Below are positions 9,873 to 23,500 of a stretch of 64,000 nt of DNA, one piece after another. The notes below the pieces were generated by a model, which was not told the origin of the DNA, did no database searches, and saw nothing but the letters and a program-made list of their open reading frames with translations. The position numbers and the translations under genes are program-made. Location of the stretch: NCBI GenBank assembly GCA_000708835.1, contig DF237053.1, positions 1 to 64,000 of the forward strand. The letters run 5' to 3'. The DNA is from Klebsormidium nitens. Lineage: Eukaryota; Plantae; Klebsormidiophyceae. Position 1 is the stretch's first letter. The number at the start of each line of letters is the position of its first letter.

Positions 9873-12800
9873 ATGGCGTCCATTCGCTGCTGCCGCCCCT
9901 TCCTCAACTTCTCTCCTGCAATGAGCCACACCCAAGCGGGTGCCCAGGCGACATTGCGTCCCGCTGCATTCGCCGCAGCCTTTTCTAGAGGGGCCCCCTC
10001 GCAAAGCTTGCGATCACATTCTAGTTTTTCAAATTCTCGAGCCACCTCCATTACCGTCAGCCCACGTTGCCAGTCATGTGCTACTCAAAGCTCGTTCCTC
10101 CCTAGCTCAGATCTCCACTCCCTCTCCAGCCAACGGCACGGCGCCACCTGGCGGTTCCTCGGCCGCCGATGTTTCAGCACAACTAGAGTGAGCATGGGCC
10201 TAACAACGGGCATTGTGGGGCTGCCAAACGTGGGAAAGAGCACACTGTTCAATGCGCTCGTGGAGAATGGAAAAGCGCAGGCGGCCAACTTTCCGTTCTG
10301 CACCATCGAGCCGAATGTGGGCATCGTAGCGGTGCCGGACTCGAGGCTTCAGGTGAGACCATTTTAGGGTTTTGGGTGGTCAAGCATGATGCCGAGCACC
10401 ACACAATTTGGAATGAAATTTTGCGCACTTTCTTGGTCAATTGGTTTCGTGGACAGCGTCGATGGGTACGGTGATTGAGAGTCCGTTGGCGTGGATCACA
10501 CAAGCTTATGGGTTTATTTGTGCTTGCAATGCCGTCATGTTTCTCATGACAGTGCCAGCCAGCACTGGCAGCCACTGTCTCTTTTCTTGGTCTCCGTATT
10601 TTCTGCCAATGGAAAGCGAACCGCTGGATTCGCCATCAGGTTTACATATTTCTTTCCTTCGTAGTACAGGGGTGGATGTGTTGTCCTTTTATTTGGATTG
10701 CTTGCAGACAGCAAAATTCAGAGAGGGGACAATTTGATAGGAACTTCAGAGGTGTTGGAGAAATTGTAAGAGCTCGATGATGGTTTGCTTGAGAGCGGGG
10801 AGCTGTCAGTTGTGTACCGCTTTCGAAAGCCGTACCAACACAGGAAAATATTATCTACATATGGTCAACGACTTATACGATGCGGAGAGTGGTAGGCTCC
10901 AATTGTGCTTCGTAGCTGCTGACAAGGCAAGGGCCCTTGCGGATGCATCAAGGTCAGCAGCCTGACAGAAGCCTTCTACTCTACTTCTATAGCTGTGCTG
11001 AGTTCGGCGTAGTTGGCGGCCTGAAGGGCATCCAGAGCGTTGAATCATCAGGTTTTTGATGACCATCTCACTCAATATCTAAATATCCCCGTGAAATTCT
11101 TCTCTCGTGCCCCCAGCCCGGAATCATCGCACTGGTCTCAAACAGCAATCTACAGACCCCAATGATCGGGTCCCCCACCCCTGCAGGTGCTCCAAGACCT
11201 GTCCAAGTCCCAAAAAGTCGTACCCGCAATCGTCGAGTTTGTGGACATTGCCGGGCTCGTGAAGGGCGCGAGCAAGGGCGAGGGGCTCGGAAACAAGTTC
11301 CTCTCACACATCCGCTCAGTAGACTGCGTCGTCCAGGTAGGTTATGCATCAAGGTTTGTAACTCAGGGACTTAGCATAGTGTTTTCCGTGTTCTTAAGAT
11401 CATGGCATTGCCAGAGCTTTTAGCTGTTTCTGAGTCCTGTCCCGGCTGGCAGCTTCGCAGATAAGTCTGCCAGCAGACTTTGAAAGGAGGCGTCAAAAGA
11501 TGACAAGAATCACCAGGTTTCAATAAGGGGCGCGGTCGAGTCACGTGCACGAGCTTTGTTCTTTCAGTTGTTCTTCGTCCTACTTCTCGGTTCTACGAAA
11601 GAGACGGCTCTAAACTCCATGTGTTACGGCGCAAGATCTTGACAATTGTGCGATAAGTTTTAGTGGGCGGTATCCTGAACCCAGGTTAGCTTGAACGAGC
11701 GGCAGCTTCTTTACCTGACAGGAGGAACAAAGGGGCGAAGAACAGCAGGCTCATCCCTCCAGACGCGACATGCACATTGGAATTTCATTTCCTAGTCGGT
11801 CTTCCATCGTACCGTTGGACTTAAATTTTCACAAGCGTGCAAACCGATGCGGCAGGGGCGCTGACGTGTGCAAACAAGAATTTGCCCTGCAGGTGGTGCG
11901 CTGCTTCGAGGACGATGACGTCATCCACGTGAACGGGCGTGTGGACCCTGTGGAGGATATCTCCGTCATCAACTTTGAGCTCGCGCTCGCAGATCTGGGC
12001 CAGGTGGGAAACACCGCTTTTCTCTCACCCCCCGAGAAAGTTTCTTTCGGATTAGATTCACGGGGTTTGATTCTCTAGCCATGTGCTCAAGGTCTGTATA
12101 TCTCAGAAGATGAGACGGATCCTGCGGTTTGATGGAATCAAGAATGGATGAGGGAAAGCAAAAAGGTCTCAAGAAACCGCATGTGCGTGCTCATCATCAT
12201 TCAAACCTTCCCTGAAAACACAGTCGAATCAAACTCTCCAAAAAGAGACACCATTGCGGATCCTGCTTCAGAGTCTGTTCATGATTTCATGCCTTCTTTG
12301 CGGAATGCGAGAGCTTGGGGGTGGATTATGTGGATTTGAGATATGTTTGGTCAAGGGCTAGAATAACAATCACTCTTACCACATTTTTCTGGGCTTTGCA
12401 GATCGAGAAGCGGTATGAGCGGTTGAAGAAGGGAGCCGGCCGCGCGCAGAAGAAGGAGGACAAGGCGAAAGACGACATGGAGATGGTAGCGCTCGAGCGG
12501 ATCCAAGCCGCGCTGGAAGACGGCAAGCCTGCGCGTGCGGTGGAGCTATCGGAGGACGAGCAACCACTAGTGAGCAATCACGCTCTTGATCTTGCCGTTT
12601 CCGGTTCTCGTTTCCGTTGCTTATCTAAGACGCTCGTCTTCTGGATAATCCGCCGGATACTCCGTGGATTTGGTCGGTTCCGCTCCGTTCCATTCCGATC
12701 CGCTCAGCAGAAAAATGCGCCCAGCACATTTATTCCCTCAGTAGGCAGCTCGCAAGCGCCAAAAATGGCCTTTTGGCCGCACACAGGACGGATATCGGAA

Positions 12801-15455
12801 CCAGTGGACGGCCTCGATGGCCCACACCACGGGATCAGGAAGTCATGTCTTCGTGACCTACTTCCATGCTATTTACACTCTAAAGCAACTTATAGATTCT
12901 TTCCGCCCAGGTGTTTCGCTCAGCCCTCTGCCCGTAAAGTCATCCCCGCTTCCTCTTGTCTTAAGAGGAGCCCAGAAAACAAAAGCCTTGCCGCTTATCG
13001 CACGAGTGCCAAGAATTTCTACTGATTGATATGACCCCGCAGACAGCGAGGTCGAATCGAATAAGGCCCACGTGAGCATTTATGTTGGTCAATAGGACAC
13101 ATGCAACAGCGGGCGGGCTGTGCTGCCGTGTAGCCGAAAACCTGATTGCAAATAACATCCGAGCCGTTTGATCGCCCCACAAGAAGTTTGCATGGCAATG
13201 AAATATTTCTTTGCCTTTGGGTCCGGATCGCGCTCGATGTTTCGCTCAATGTATTTCAGTATGATTTGCACTCTAATTGTGCTCATATGCGAATTCAGAT
13301 GCCGTGCAGAACGGCAGATGGAAGATGAGCATTGATTGCTGGCGCTTTGTTCCTACTCCTCCCAAAACCGTCCTCTGGTCCGTTTTGACTTGCAGACGTT
13401 CCATCGTTCTTCATGCTCCCTTTTTGTCTTTCTTTTGGGTTTTCATTTCCTTGCGAAAGTTCCGGCCGTTTGCCTCATTGACTCCCAAGTCTCTGCGATA
13501 CCTCATCTTGAGCACATACGGAAGTCAAAAATGGGGCGGCCAGCTCTCGTTTCCTGCCGTGTGAAGTTCTTTGTTTGATCCCTCTGCCCGCTTCGGTTTC
13601 AGGTCGATCAACTCCAATTACTGACGGCCAAACCCGTGGTTTACGCCGCAAACGTCGCTGAGGGGGATCTGGCCAATCCGGACACGAATAAGCACGTGCA
13701 AGCGGTTCGAGATCATGCAAAGAAAGAGGGTGCGGAGGTGGTTGTGGTTTCGGCACAGGTGAGCCCTTTATCTTTTTCTCGTGAAGGTTCTTGTACCACC
13801 GGCAGTCTCTTGTTCCGAGTGGAAAGTCTACTTCATTGCCGTGTAGCGGAGTAAAAGTTTCGGCTTTTCGTTGGAAACTGTGCTCTCCAAATACAGTACG
13901 ATGTTTCACCAAGCGTGCACGTATGCCTGCTTTGCTCGACATCGCAATCGCGAGGCAAACAAGCACACCACGCTAAATCTTAGAATCACTCGACATTCTG
14001 ACCTTTCTCTCGTTTCACGCCCACTCCCGGGTTGCGGTGCCAAGCCCCCGGTAACGTTCTGATGGTCAGATCCACGCACTTTGACATCTGCTGATTTGGG
14101 TCAAGCGCCTAACCGCAGGTTGAAGCAGAGTTGACCGATCTGGACGCCACGGAACGGGCCGAGTACCTAGAGTCGCTCGGGGTTACTGAGGGCGGGTTAG
14201 GGTCGCTGGTTAGAGCGTCTTACGCGCTGCTCGGGTTGAGAACGTACTTTACGTCAGGGGAAAAGGTGAGCCGCGGTTGAGAATCTTGTCTGCGTTCTGG
14301 GTTAGCGTGATCGGTCACCCGATTTGAGCTCGAGGTAAGCCTGGTTAGTGCGTCGTATGCAGAGTTTGTGTTGAGCGATTGCAAAACCCAAAAACTGTGT
14401 GTTTCCAGCAAAACGTGCGCCTGGCACTCATAAGACACCTTCGGAAGTCAAAGTTTCGCTCAGTCTCTATCTGGTTGTAATGCACCTGGAGCTCTCCTTT
14501 ACAACCATGCTTAGTCAAGGGCCACTAACAAATTCATTTTATTGTACGCTTCTGGTGGAAGGGCACCTAGCAAACACCCAACCAGGTCTGCTTAACCAGG
14601 TCCCGTTAACATTGGCAAACAGATTAGTTCCTGCGCACAGGAAACGCGGGCGTGGACGATACACGCGGGCATGACGGCCCCTCAGGCAGCGGGGGTGATC
14701 CACAGTGACTTTGAAAAGGGGTTCATTCGGGCGGAGACTGTTGCGTACGACGCGTTTTGCCAAGCAGGGACTTTGAATGCGGCGAAAGACAAAGGGCTGG
14801 TAAGTAACTGTCACGTGGCAGATGACGTCGGCTGCTGATCTGTGGATTGCGATAGACAAATGCCTCGGTTTGAGAGACGAGTGTCTTTGCTCTCAGAAAG
14901 GCTGCTTTTGCGTTCACAGTCCCGTCAAGAGAAGGCTTGTCAATGCGCTTGCCTGCCTGACAGTAAGGCTGCTTTCTTTTTCACATTCATGTCCAAGAAA
15001 CGACTTTGTTACGATCAGCACACTTCCTTGAAAAGGATTACGGATGGACTGACTTCGAGAGTCTTGACATCAAGGGATGACTGGCGGCTCGAGTACTCTC
15101 CGCCTGCTGTCTGTTACATTTGGCTGTTTCCTTGTTGGACTCAAGTGCTGGTTCTTTTATGGTTCTGTAGCGGATGCTGGTTCGCTTTCTCTTGTTCCGC
15201 TCTTGGCTTTTCCCCTCGTCTCAGTTTGCTGTGCAGCTTCGAACAATCTTGTTGAAGAAACGCGTCCCAAAGGTGTAGGTTTGTCGTATCAAGATTTTGC
15301 ATAGCTCTGCGGACCTGTCAATCTGCAACATCCATTCCCAATGTCCGAAAGACGTGCTTTGACCAAGGCACGATTCTGCGCTGCAGGTGCGATCAGAAGG
15401 GAAAGAGTATGTCGTGCAAGAAGGGGACGTGATGTTGTTTAGATTCAACGTATAA
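9873..15455 (+). CDS. ychF: Ribosome-binding ATPase YchF/OLA1 (Obg family) with a probable organellar transit peptide. Exons 9873-10352, 11187-11336, 11893-12003, 12402-12569, 13603-13758, 14119-14265, 14641-14798, 15387-15455
   Basis: G1 [17 protein letters not shown], effector [11 protein letters not shown]3 [11 protein letters not shown]4 variant NVAE, TGS domain ETRAWTI...[12 protein letters not shown] and C-terminus [20 protein letters not shown] Ser/Arg-rich extension of about 107 aa precedes the GTPase domain. The first six introns are phase 0 with GT-AG. The last junction has a phase mismatch (see findings). Confidence 0.95.
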
Positions 15456-16700
15456 CAGCATTTGACCATGGGCGCACCTCCCGTGCGCCGCTTCTTATAT
15501 TTCAGTTGAGCGCTGTCCGAAGATATGCACGGAAACCAATGTTTTTCACCAATTTTGAATGCTGACGAGATTTACCAAGCCCGTTGAATGGCTATATACG
15601 GAGACGTGAGAAATGGTGCCCTGAGGGCCTGAGCAAAAGGATTCCCCAAGAAAAGAAAGGGTTAAGAATACGTTAGAGATTTCAAAGACTGAGAGTTGCT
15701 TGGGAGTTTCTTAAGGAACGTCCAATGTGAGAAACAATCGTGGCAGATTGCCACTTAAACGAGGATGCAAGCTACATAAGTGCTCGAGTCCGCTGCATGA
15801 ATGGCCTCTTTCAAGTTCTGCTCGCATGCGCACGCCGTGCAACGTCGATGGGCCTGGTGCCTGAGGCAACTTTTCGGGTCCACCATCTGTACCTGATTAG
15901 ATGGTCTCTTTTCGTACTCGCCGTAGCCAAAATAGGGCATAGGCTTCTCGTGGCATACATGTATGGTGGTTGTGTGTCTGAGACCTAGAGCTCTACTCGA
16001 CTCTACCAATCACGGTACCGCGGTGCACCAACCTGCCCGCCTTGGGAACCACCTGCAGGTACGTACCTGCGTGACTGTAGTAGTTGCATGACTGCAATGA
16101 TTGACCAAATGATAGCACGGCGCTCGCGCACTGTGACTTTTCGGGCCTGCAACCGTTATTCTGACACAGACTCTGACAGCTGACCTCGTCCTGCCGTGTG
16201 ATTCTGTGTAGGTATCTGAGCATCTGTGAGGCTAGCCTCTGTGTGGGGCTCCAGCTTCAAGCTTGCTGTATTTCCCTTGTGTGCACTTTGATGCAAGGAG
16301 AGGAGATCGGGGCATGTGCAGCTCGCATTGGCGCCCAAACTTGGGGTTCATCGGTTCTTGAAGAGTTGATGCTTCTTCAAGACCCCGTTTATTGAGGCTT
16401 TCCTCGCCCACATTGCAACCATTTCGACGGGGTGCTGGACTTGGCTGGGCGAAAGGGCAAGCTGTTCGTAGCACTTGATTGCAGTCCCACACTTAGCAGC
16501 AGACTGATCAACCACTGATTCGTAACGAGGTACAATTGCCAACTGTTGTGACACGCTACAGACAAACCCCTGAGAGCGGTAGCAGCTACCGCTTTGTTTT
16601 GGTGAGCTACCGTAGCTCACCAAAACAACAAAACCCAGAACGTTTGTGCCCACTTAGCGAATCCCGCATGGTTTACGAGCAGGTCAAAACGCCCTAAAAG

Positions 16701-16862
16701 ATGGCCCTGAGCGAGAAACTAGAGGTGGTCCAGCTGCTGATGCGCAAGGTCCAGCTGTGCGCGGAGCTCGTGCGGCTGTCGGTGCGCTACCTGCGCAACC
16801 GCAGGCTGCCCGAGCTGAGCGACGAGCGGCGCAGCGAGCTGCGGTTGTCTAACTTCTTCATG
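16701..16862 (+). CDS. Orphan coding-like exon: either a 5' exon of the WDR93-like gene or a separate small gene
   Basis: ATG-initiated with strong GC3 codon bias (MALSEKLEVVQLLMRKVQLCAELVRLSVRYLRNRRLPELSDERRSELRLSNFFM). Possible donor atg|gtgggg. The downstream connection is not resolved. Confidence 0.45.
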
Positions 16863-17568
16863 GTGGGGCCTGTGGAGACCTCTGAAGTGTCTCATTAGAA
16901 TAAATCTCTCAGAGTTGAAGGTTTGAGGTGTGCCCACATTGGCCGGGTTTGAGTTCTTCGGCAAAAGGAATTGATGGTCAGCTGATCTTTTGTGGACCGA
17001 TGAAAGGAACTTCTGGCGAATTTTCCTTATGGGTTCGTCATTGATCCAAGGACCCCAACATTGGGGGGGCAATGAACTAGCTGCTCAAATCATACTCAAA
17101 GCGAATAGCCAATTGGTGTTACTTTTCGCCTTCGAAAGGAACGGGCTAAGCCCGTCTCGGGGAAAGAACGGGGCGAAAGGTTGGTTGGATAGAACCTCTT
17201 GCAAAGACTCATTGATAGGAAGTGCCCACATTTTTTTGAAAAAAGACTCAGGGAAGGGTTCAATCGCTTAAGTTTGCAGTGATAAGGAGAGCCCACATTG
17301 TCAAACAGATCAGTCCTTGGAGTTGCTATGAGAAGTGATTCTTGAGGGGACCTTCGTGGGCTTAAGTCGGGCCACATTGGTCGCAGCAGGCTGAGGAATG
17401 TGGGGCATTCGGCAGGTGGCACTCAAGTAATTCTTTGGGCGTGTAGTTGGAACTTGTCAAATGCCCCCTGAAGATTAGATCTGTACGACTGCAAGCTGCC
17501 CAGCAAGGAAACTCCGAAACAAGGCCTTTGAAAAGCAAGGTTTGCGGCCAGCTAGACCCAGTATAGAA

Positions 17569-20500
17569 ATGGAGGCCCTGCCGGAGACGCCCAAGATGCC
17601 GCAACCGCAGCGCCAGGTGAACAAGGTTCTGACGAACCTGGTGGAGAAAGCAGTAGAGATTGGGGAGAAGAAGAGGCGCGGGCCCGGGGGGCTGGGGGAG
17701 GAGCAGGAAGAGACGGGGCCGGTGAGTTTTCTGAGCTGGTTTCGTTCTTCATGTATGGCGTTAACCGTAGCTGGTTGGCTGAGCTGCCCTTTATCCTTGG
17801 TTCTCAGGTCTATATTGGCGTTGTCGTCCGGCAATGGTGTACTGGCTTTTGCCGCCGTGTTTGATTGAATCAACAAATTTAAACTTGACAGAGGTTGAGG
17901 TGCCCATCTGAGGCTTACCCGTACATAAGGTCCTAAGAGAATTTTTAGAAAATTGGGTCATGTGTCAAAAGGGAATTCGAGCAGGTAATCTACTGAATTG
18001 TGAGGTGTTGATACTCGGACCAGAGAACGTGTCATAGCAATAATAAGAACGGGATCAAGACTGGGACCTCTGGATGCATAGGCTATTGAGTGGAGTGGAT
18101 GGGTTCGGACCTCGGAATCGAAAATTCTCAAACCCTGAGATCTTCTCAATATCGCCATAGAGCAAACGTTGAAGTACAAGATCCTACTTGCAGGCAATTG
18201 AACCAAGCGCCCATAGCGAGCCCCTGGCAGCCGTCCGATGCCTCGCCCTCTCTTCCGATGAGCGCCACCTGTTCGCCGGTCTCGCTTCCGGCCACGTTAT
18301 TGCCGTCAGCGCGACAACTGGCGGCACCATAGCGACCCTCGAAATCGGCGAGGGGCCCGTAAATGCAATCGCCCAAATAACCCTGCGCTCGACTACCGTG
18401 CCAGAGGGGGGCCTTGAAACCGCAGAGGAGGAGGGGGGGGGATCAGAAACGGAGGCGGTTGCCTGCAAGGTGCTCCTTGTCGCTGCTGGGGAAAAAGTGC
18501 TGTTCTTCAAAGGTCAGTATCTCTAGGCATTCCTCCGTGCTTCAGGTGCGACTCCTTGCTTCCTCCCTGTTTTCGAGAGACCAGATCATGGTAGATCAGA
18601 CTGACCGGTAAGCAAAGATGGAGCGTTTCTTTGACGGCATCTTCAGAACCAATAGTGTGTTCCCTCATAAGCTTCAAGTCTTGTAAAAACTTTTGTGAGA
18701 AACCTGGTCGATGTTGGTGACTTCCCAGAATAGAGCTACACTTGAAGATCACTAATCGATACCGTACACAGGACCAAGTGCAAACGAAAAGGGGACTACG
18801 AAACGACTCTCGTTTAAGCTTCAAACACGCGGCTCTTTCTATACTTCCGGCTGCAAGTCATCCTGTCTTCAGTGCCCGTTTTGTTTGAGGAGTCATCCAC
18901 TCGCCCCTAATACCAAAAGGTGGAACCATATTTCCGATGCACATAGGCTCTAACGACCCTTTTCGTTTGCATACTGCAGTGGTTGGTGTGCTCGAAGACA
19001 ACACCTTCATCCAATTTGCAGCCGCGCAGCTGCCACGGGGCACCCACTCAGAGGCCGCCAAACCACCTCCGCCCGTCGCAGCTCCACCCCAACCCCTAAA
19101 CCCCGACCCCGACCGAAACGGGGGGGACATTAAAGCCCTGGGACTAGCCCCCGACGCCGGACTGTTCTGGGCAAGCACACGGAATGGCGCCCTAGCCGTT
19201 TTCCCAATGCCTTCCCCGACCCCCCCCCACAAAGACACTGCAGAAACGCCCCCCGTCACGCAACTCGACGCAGTCTTCCTTCTCCCCCCTGATTCGGCGG
19301 TGGCCGCTGCTGGGTTCGCCCGTTCACACTCTGCTGCGCAGAGTCCAGCGAACGTTGTGAACACGCACGCACTGACCCCTACGAACGAGCTGGTTTGTTT
19401 CCTGCTGAGGACTGCTAGCTTCCGAGAAGGAGCCGATGCAAAAAGCCTCGCATCTAGTTACCAATGCGAGCTGTACGTCTGGTGGGGAGGCAGGAACCAC
19501 ATTCTCATGTACGACGTCCCCTGGAAAAGCAGTGCTTCTGCTAGTAAGAAAGAGGTCTCATGTGAGCCGAGAAAGGCGCGGGAGTGGACGATGCCTCACG
19601 GAGTGACAAGTGGCACGCTGTCGGCGGACGGGTCATTAATGGCGGTGGGAATGGGGGACGGGTCGGCGCTGCTTCTGGACCTGCATCTATGTAAGTAATT
19701 CTCGATTCTATGGAAAGTAAGCCCCATGAAGGGTAACAGCAACACCTAACTAAAAACTTAAACCCAAGGTTTAAACGCTCCGTTTCCATACCCACCCTAA
19801 CCCCCAAGCTAACTTCACCCGTCCCATTTACCCTCCATGGACCTTATCCTTCATAAATGCGAGCGGAGTTCTATGTAAGTGTCGGACTTTTGTGAGACCC
19901 GGCCGTTTCTTTCGTTACGGTCTGGCTACTGCCTTTGCCTGATGCGGATGTCTAAGGCGGCGTTCTTGCTGTGGCCTGGGACTCTGGAACCGTGTAACTG
20001 TTTGCCAATTGTCAACAAGCGACGGCTCTGCGAAAAGATTGGATTGCGCTCGATGTGCACACGAGCTGCTTGTAGGCGACTGTATGTCGTCGTCTTCTCC
20101 TTCGTTTGTTGCACTGACTATCGTCAACGCCAGTTCATCAGTTGTTACCAATTAGATTGGAACCCTAGAGCCGCCTGCATAATGGCTATTACTCCGCTTC
20201 TCAACGGCTGAGACACGAGGAGTGCTTTCCAAAAGGCTCTCCGAGAAAAAAGCTTCGGTTCGCCCCATGAAGAGGTTGAGTCGTTCGATTGGTACCGTAC
20301 GTTTGGCCTTCTCGGTGTATCTTCTTGACAGTTCGACGAATCATTTGGAGCATCCAAGGCCATCTTAATTTCTAACGTCCACGTTTCTCAGACGCAATGA
20401 GATATATAGCATGCAGAAGCGCTTCAGAAAGTCCGGCCCCCCCTTGCACACTCGATTTGACATCGATTTGACAACCGCTGCATCAACCAGCAATGCTCAA

Positions 20501-23500
20501 AGCCGCCGGTGATGCGGAACTGGTACGACCGCTTTATTTACTTGTCCGAACCGCCTCCTTTTTAATCGCGCAGGTCTCACTCACCGACTCTTCCAACGAC
20601 TGGAAGGCGCCATAACGGCGCTCGCTTTTACGGGGCAGAGCGCCCACCGACCCCCAACCGGACTTGTGGTTCTTTCTTCCGGGGGGGAGCTGAAAGCGCA
20701 CAATTTGACGGGGGAGAAAGCGGAGGAGAAGCTCGCGGTAGCGGTCAGGAAAGGGGTGACCGGGGTTGCGTGCTTGGAGGGAAGCTCGAAGGTGAGAGGC
20801 CTGCTTAGCGGTGGTCTTTCCGAGCTAAGCTTTAATCGTGCGAACTTCTGGATTGTCTCAGGATGAACACTTGGCAGTTGGCCTTTCGCCTTCGGAAAGC
20901 CGGTTCTAAAGAATGAGAACAAGAGACGGTTCAGAATTAAGAGGCAACCCTTATGTTCGTTGAACTGTTAGAAAGTTTCGTGACTCACCTTTCTGCGTTG
21001 AAGGTGCCGGAATCATCACTAGTACGAAGTACCCAGGATCTGAAAGCTTCTTTCAGATACAGTGACGGCTGGTTCCAGAAAGATTGAAATGTGGCGATAA
21101 GCGTCTGGGCCCATCCGTGTTGACAGTCCTTTCGACCGCCACCACTCTGCAGGCGGGCGGCCGAATCGTCTGCAGAGAGCGGAGGTTTCACTGTCCGCTT
21201 CAAGCGAGTGGGCGGCCAAGATTGCTTTTGTCAATTTTTGAAGCGCAAGTCCAGCTCACGGTATGATCATACTGCGATTGCTTTATACAATCAACTTCTG
21301 AGATCGAATCATTTCCTTGTGCAGGTACTCCTGTTCTCCGACGACGAGCGGCCAGCGCAGCTTGTTGACGTCAGGACCGGCGCCGTCCTCGGGAGCTTCG
21401 CCCCGGGGGAGGGCTTCGCCTGCCCACGATTTCCGCGGGACGGAACAACGGCTCAGCGGAACGGCGGAACAGCGGAAGAGCAAACCGGAGCAACGGAAAG
21501 GCGGAGGGAAGGACCGGCTGAACGGCGGAACCGGATGTGGGCATTTTCGGGGGGACACGTGCTTGTCCAGACTGCGCAACGGCTTGGGGGGCAGGTCGAG
21601 CGGGTTAAGGAAGGGGGGGAGGGCGAAACACATCCGGACGGTCAGACGGAAGGTGAGGGGGATCATCTGTTGGGGAGTTCGTATGAAGTGTGCTTCTGCA
21701 TTTTGGCGAGCATGGGAAGCATTTATGGTGACAGTTGCTGACGTCAGGGGCTTTTCGTGAATTGGCTCATACTCAAAAAGTCAGATGATGGAAGTCTTTT
21801 CTAGAGTCCCTGCCAGCGCTCGCAACGTGCTTTCTGACAATCACTCGCAATTCCAGACCTCTTGTGTTGCGCTTTGACTGCCTCTCAGCCCTCTCTTTAT
21901 ATCATTGACAACAACGCTCGCAGGCGCAATGTTCAGGGGCAAAAAGCAGCGACTTAAGCCAGTCGCCGCGGTCAGAAAAGCAACTACATTTGAGGCTTTC
22001 TCGTCCGAAAAAATTTCTGTCCACGTAAAATGTTTTACTCAACGCACTGAATGCAACGCTCGCAGGGCCCGCGAATCCAACGGACCAACCCACGTCCAAA
22101 GGTGTTGCGGCGTCCGATTCGGACGCGCCGTCCGAATGCCTGGTGTTCCACAGCCTGCACAGCGGCGCGCTTTTGTCGCATTCGGACACTTTCGCGGGGC
22201 TTTTCAACGGGCCTCAGGTTAGTGCCTCGGTTAGACGGAACCCGGAACCGGTTTGTGGGAGTGCTTGCAATCAGAGCTACTCTGAAAAGCATTTCTTGGA
22301 CCAGCGTTCAAGGGGGAGAGCATCCGCTTATGGCACCATTGATGTAGCTCGCACCGCAATGCCTTCTACACAAGATTGACCGCCTTCGTCAAGCCTGGCA
22401 GTCTGCAGGCCTCTTAAGTACAGTAAAGGGCGTTGGATGACAATTTCAAATATGAATTGCATGTAATTGTTTCGTCAATGAACATCCACATCTCCGCTCT
22501 AAGCCGTTTCCTCTTTTAAGCCCATCTCCGTCCACCGCACTGAGAGCGGAGAAAAAAGCCTATCCAATTTTAAAGAGAGCAATCTTCTTCTTTTCGTCGC
22601 AATAAGATGAAAGTGCGCTGCTTCGTTCACTTCTCAAACTTGAAGTAAGCGGATTCGTGGAAAGGCGGGATAGCCGACGTCTTCTCGCAGTCATGACAAC
22701 TTATGAAATTCTGAAGCTCCTTCGCCCGCAGCTTCTCGAGAGGATGCTTCACGACTCCGCGTCTGTACGAGGAAAGCCTGGGGACGTCTCGCGGCGGGCC
22801 TCGAGTAAGCGTCCTTTTGCGCCAAGCTTCTCTCGAACGTCAAAAAGTCGAATTTTGTGGAGTCTTTCTACCATCCGTCCAGGCCTCCTTTGCAGTATGA
22901 TCTTGCTCTTCATTCCTCAGTGCCTTGGTTTCTCAGAGAACGCTCTTCGGGGAGGGGCCGCTCGACTGGGCTGAAAAGGGAGTCGGAAGGTGATAAGACT
23001 TCTAATCTATCTAAATTACTGAACACACCAGGAGTAAGGACGTCGCGAGGTTTTCGCTAGTGACGTTCATTCTCGGATTCTCCATGCATCGTTTCAATGC
23101 GCTCCTTAGCAGGCTTGGGCGGCGATTACCTGTTTCAATCATTCCTGTCTACGCAATGCATTCGGCAGATCTCTCCCTGGTCCATCACCTCATACTTGTG
23201 AAACTTTTCGCTTTTCTGTGGCTGTTGAGCCCCCCCTTTGAAACCTCATCTCCATTTTTTTTCGCAGTTATGCAATCTTCGCCGCGTTCCAAATCCCGCC
23301 ACGTGTCCACCTCGTTGCCGCCCACCGAGACCCTCGACCCCTCGGGCCGTCTCCCGTACCCTCCAACCATGTCCCGCCACGTGTCAGTCCACGAGGCCTC
23401 CGGCGACAGCCCCCGTAATCTGGGGCACTCATCGCCGCGCGCCTTCCCCTTCATCCGCGAGAATTCTTTCGTCGGTGTGAATAAGCCCCTCCCTTTGAGC

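Noticed and set aside
12315-13025. 236-aa ORF
   Set aside because: It is ychF exon 4 read through into flanking intron sequence.
19870-19880. Second tctatgtaagt copy of the WDR93 exon-3 donor
   Set aside because: Only 11 bp match; too short to count as a junction duplication with confidence.
22110-22136. Overlapping 8-bp inverted repeats (gcgtccga/tcggacgc, ttcggacg/cgtccgaa) in a WDR93 intron
   Set aside because: Short, GC-rich and single-copy; no functional context.
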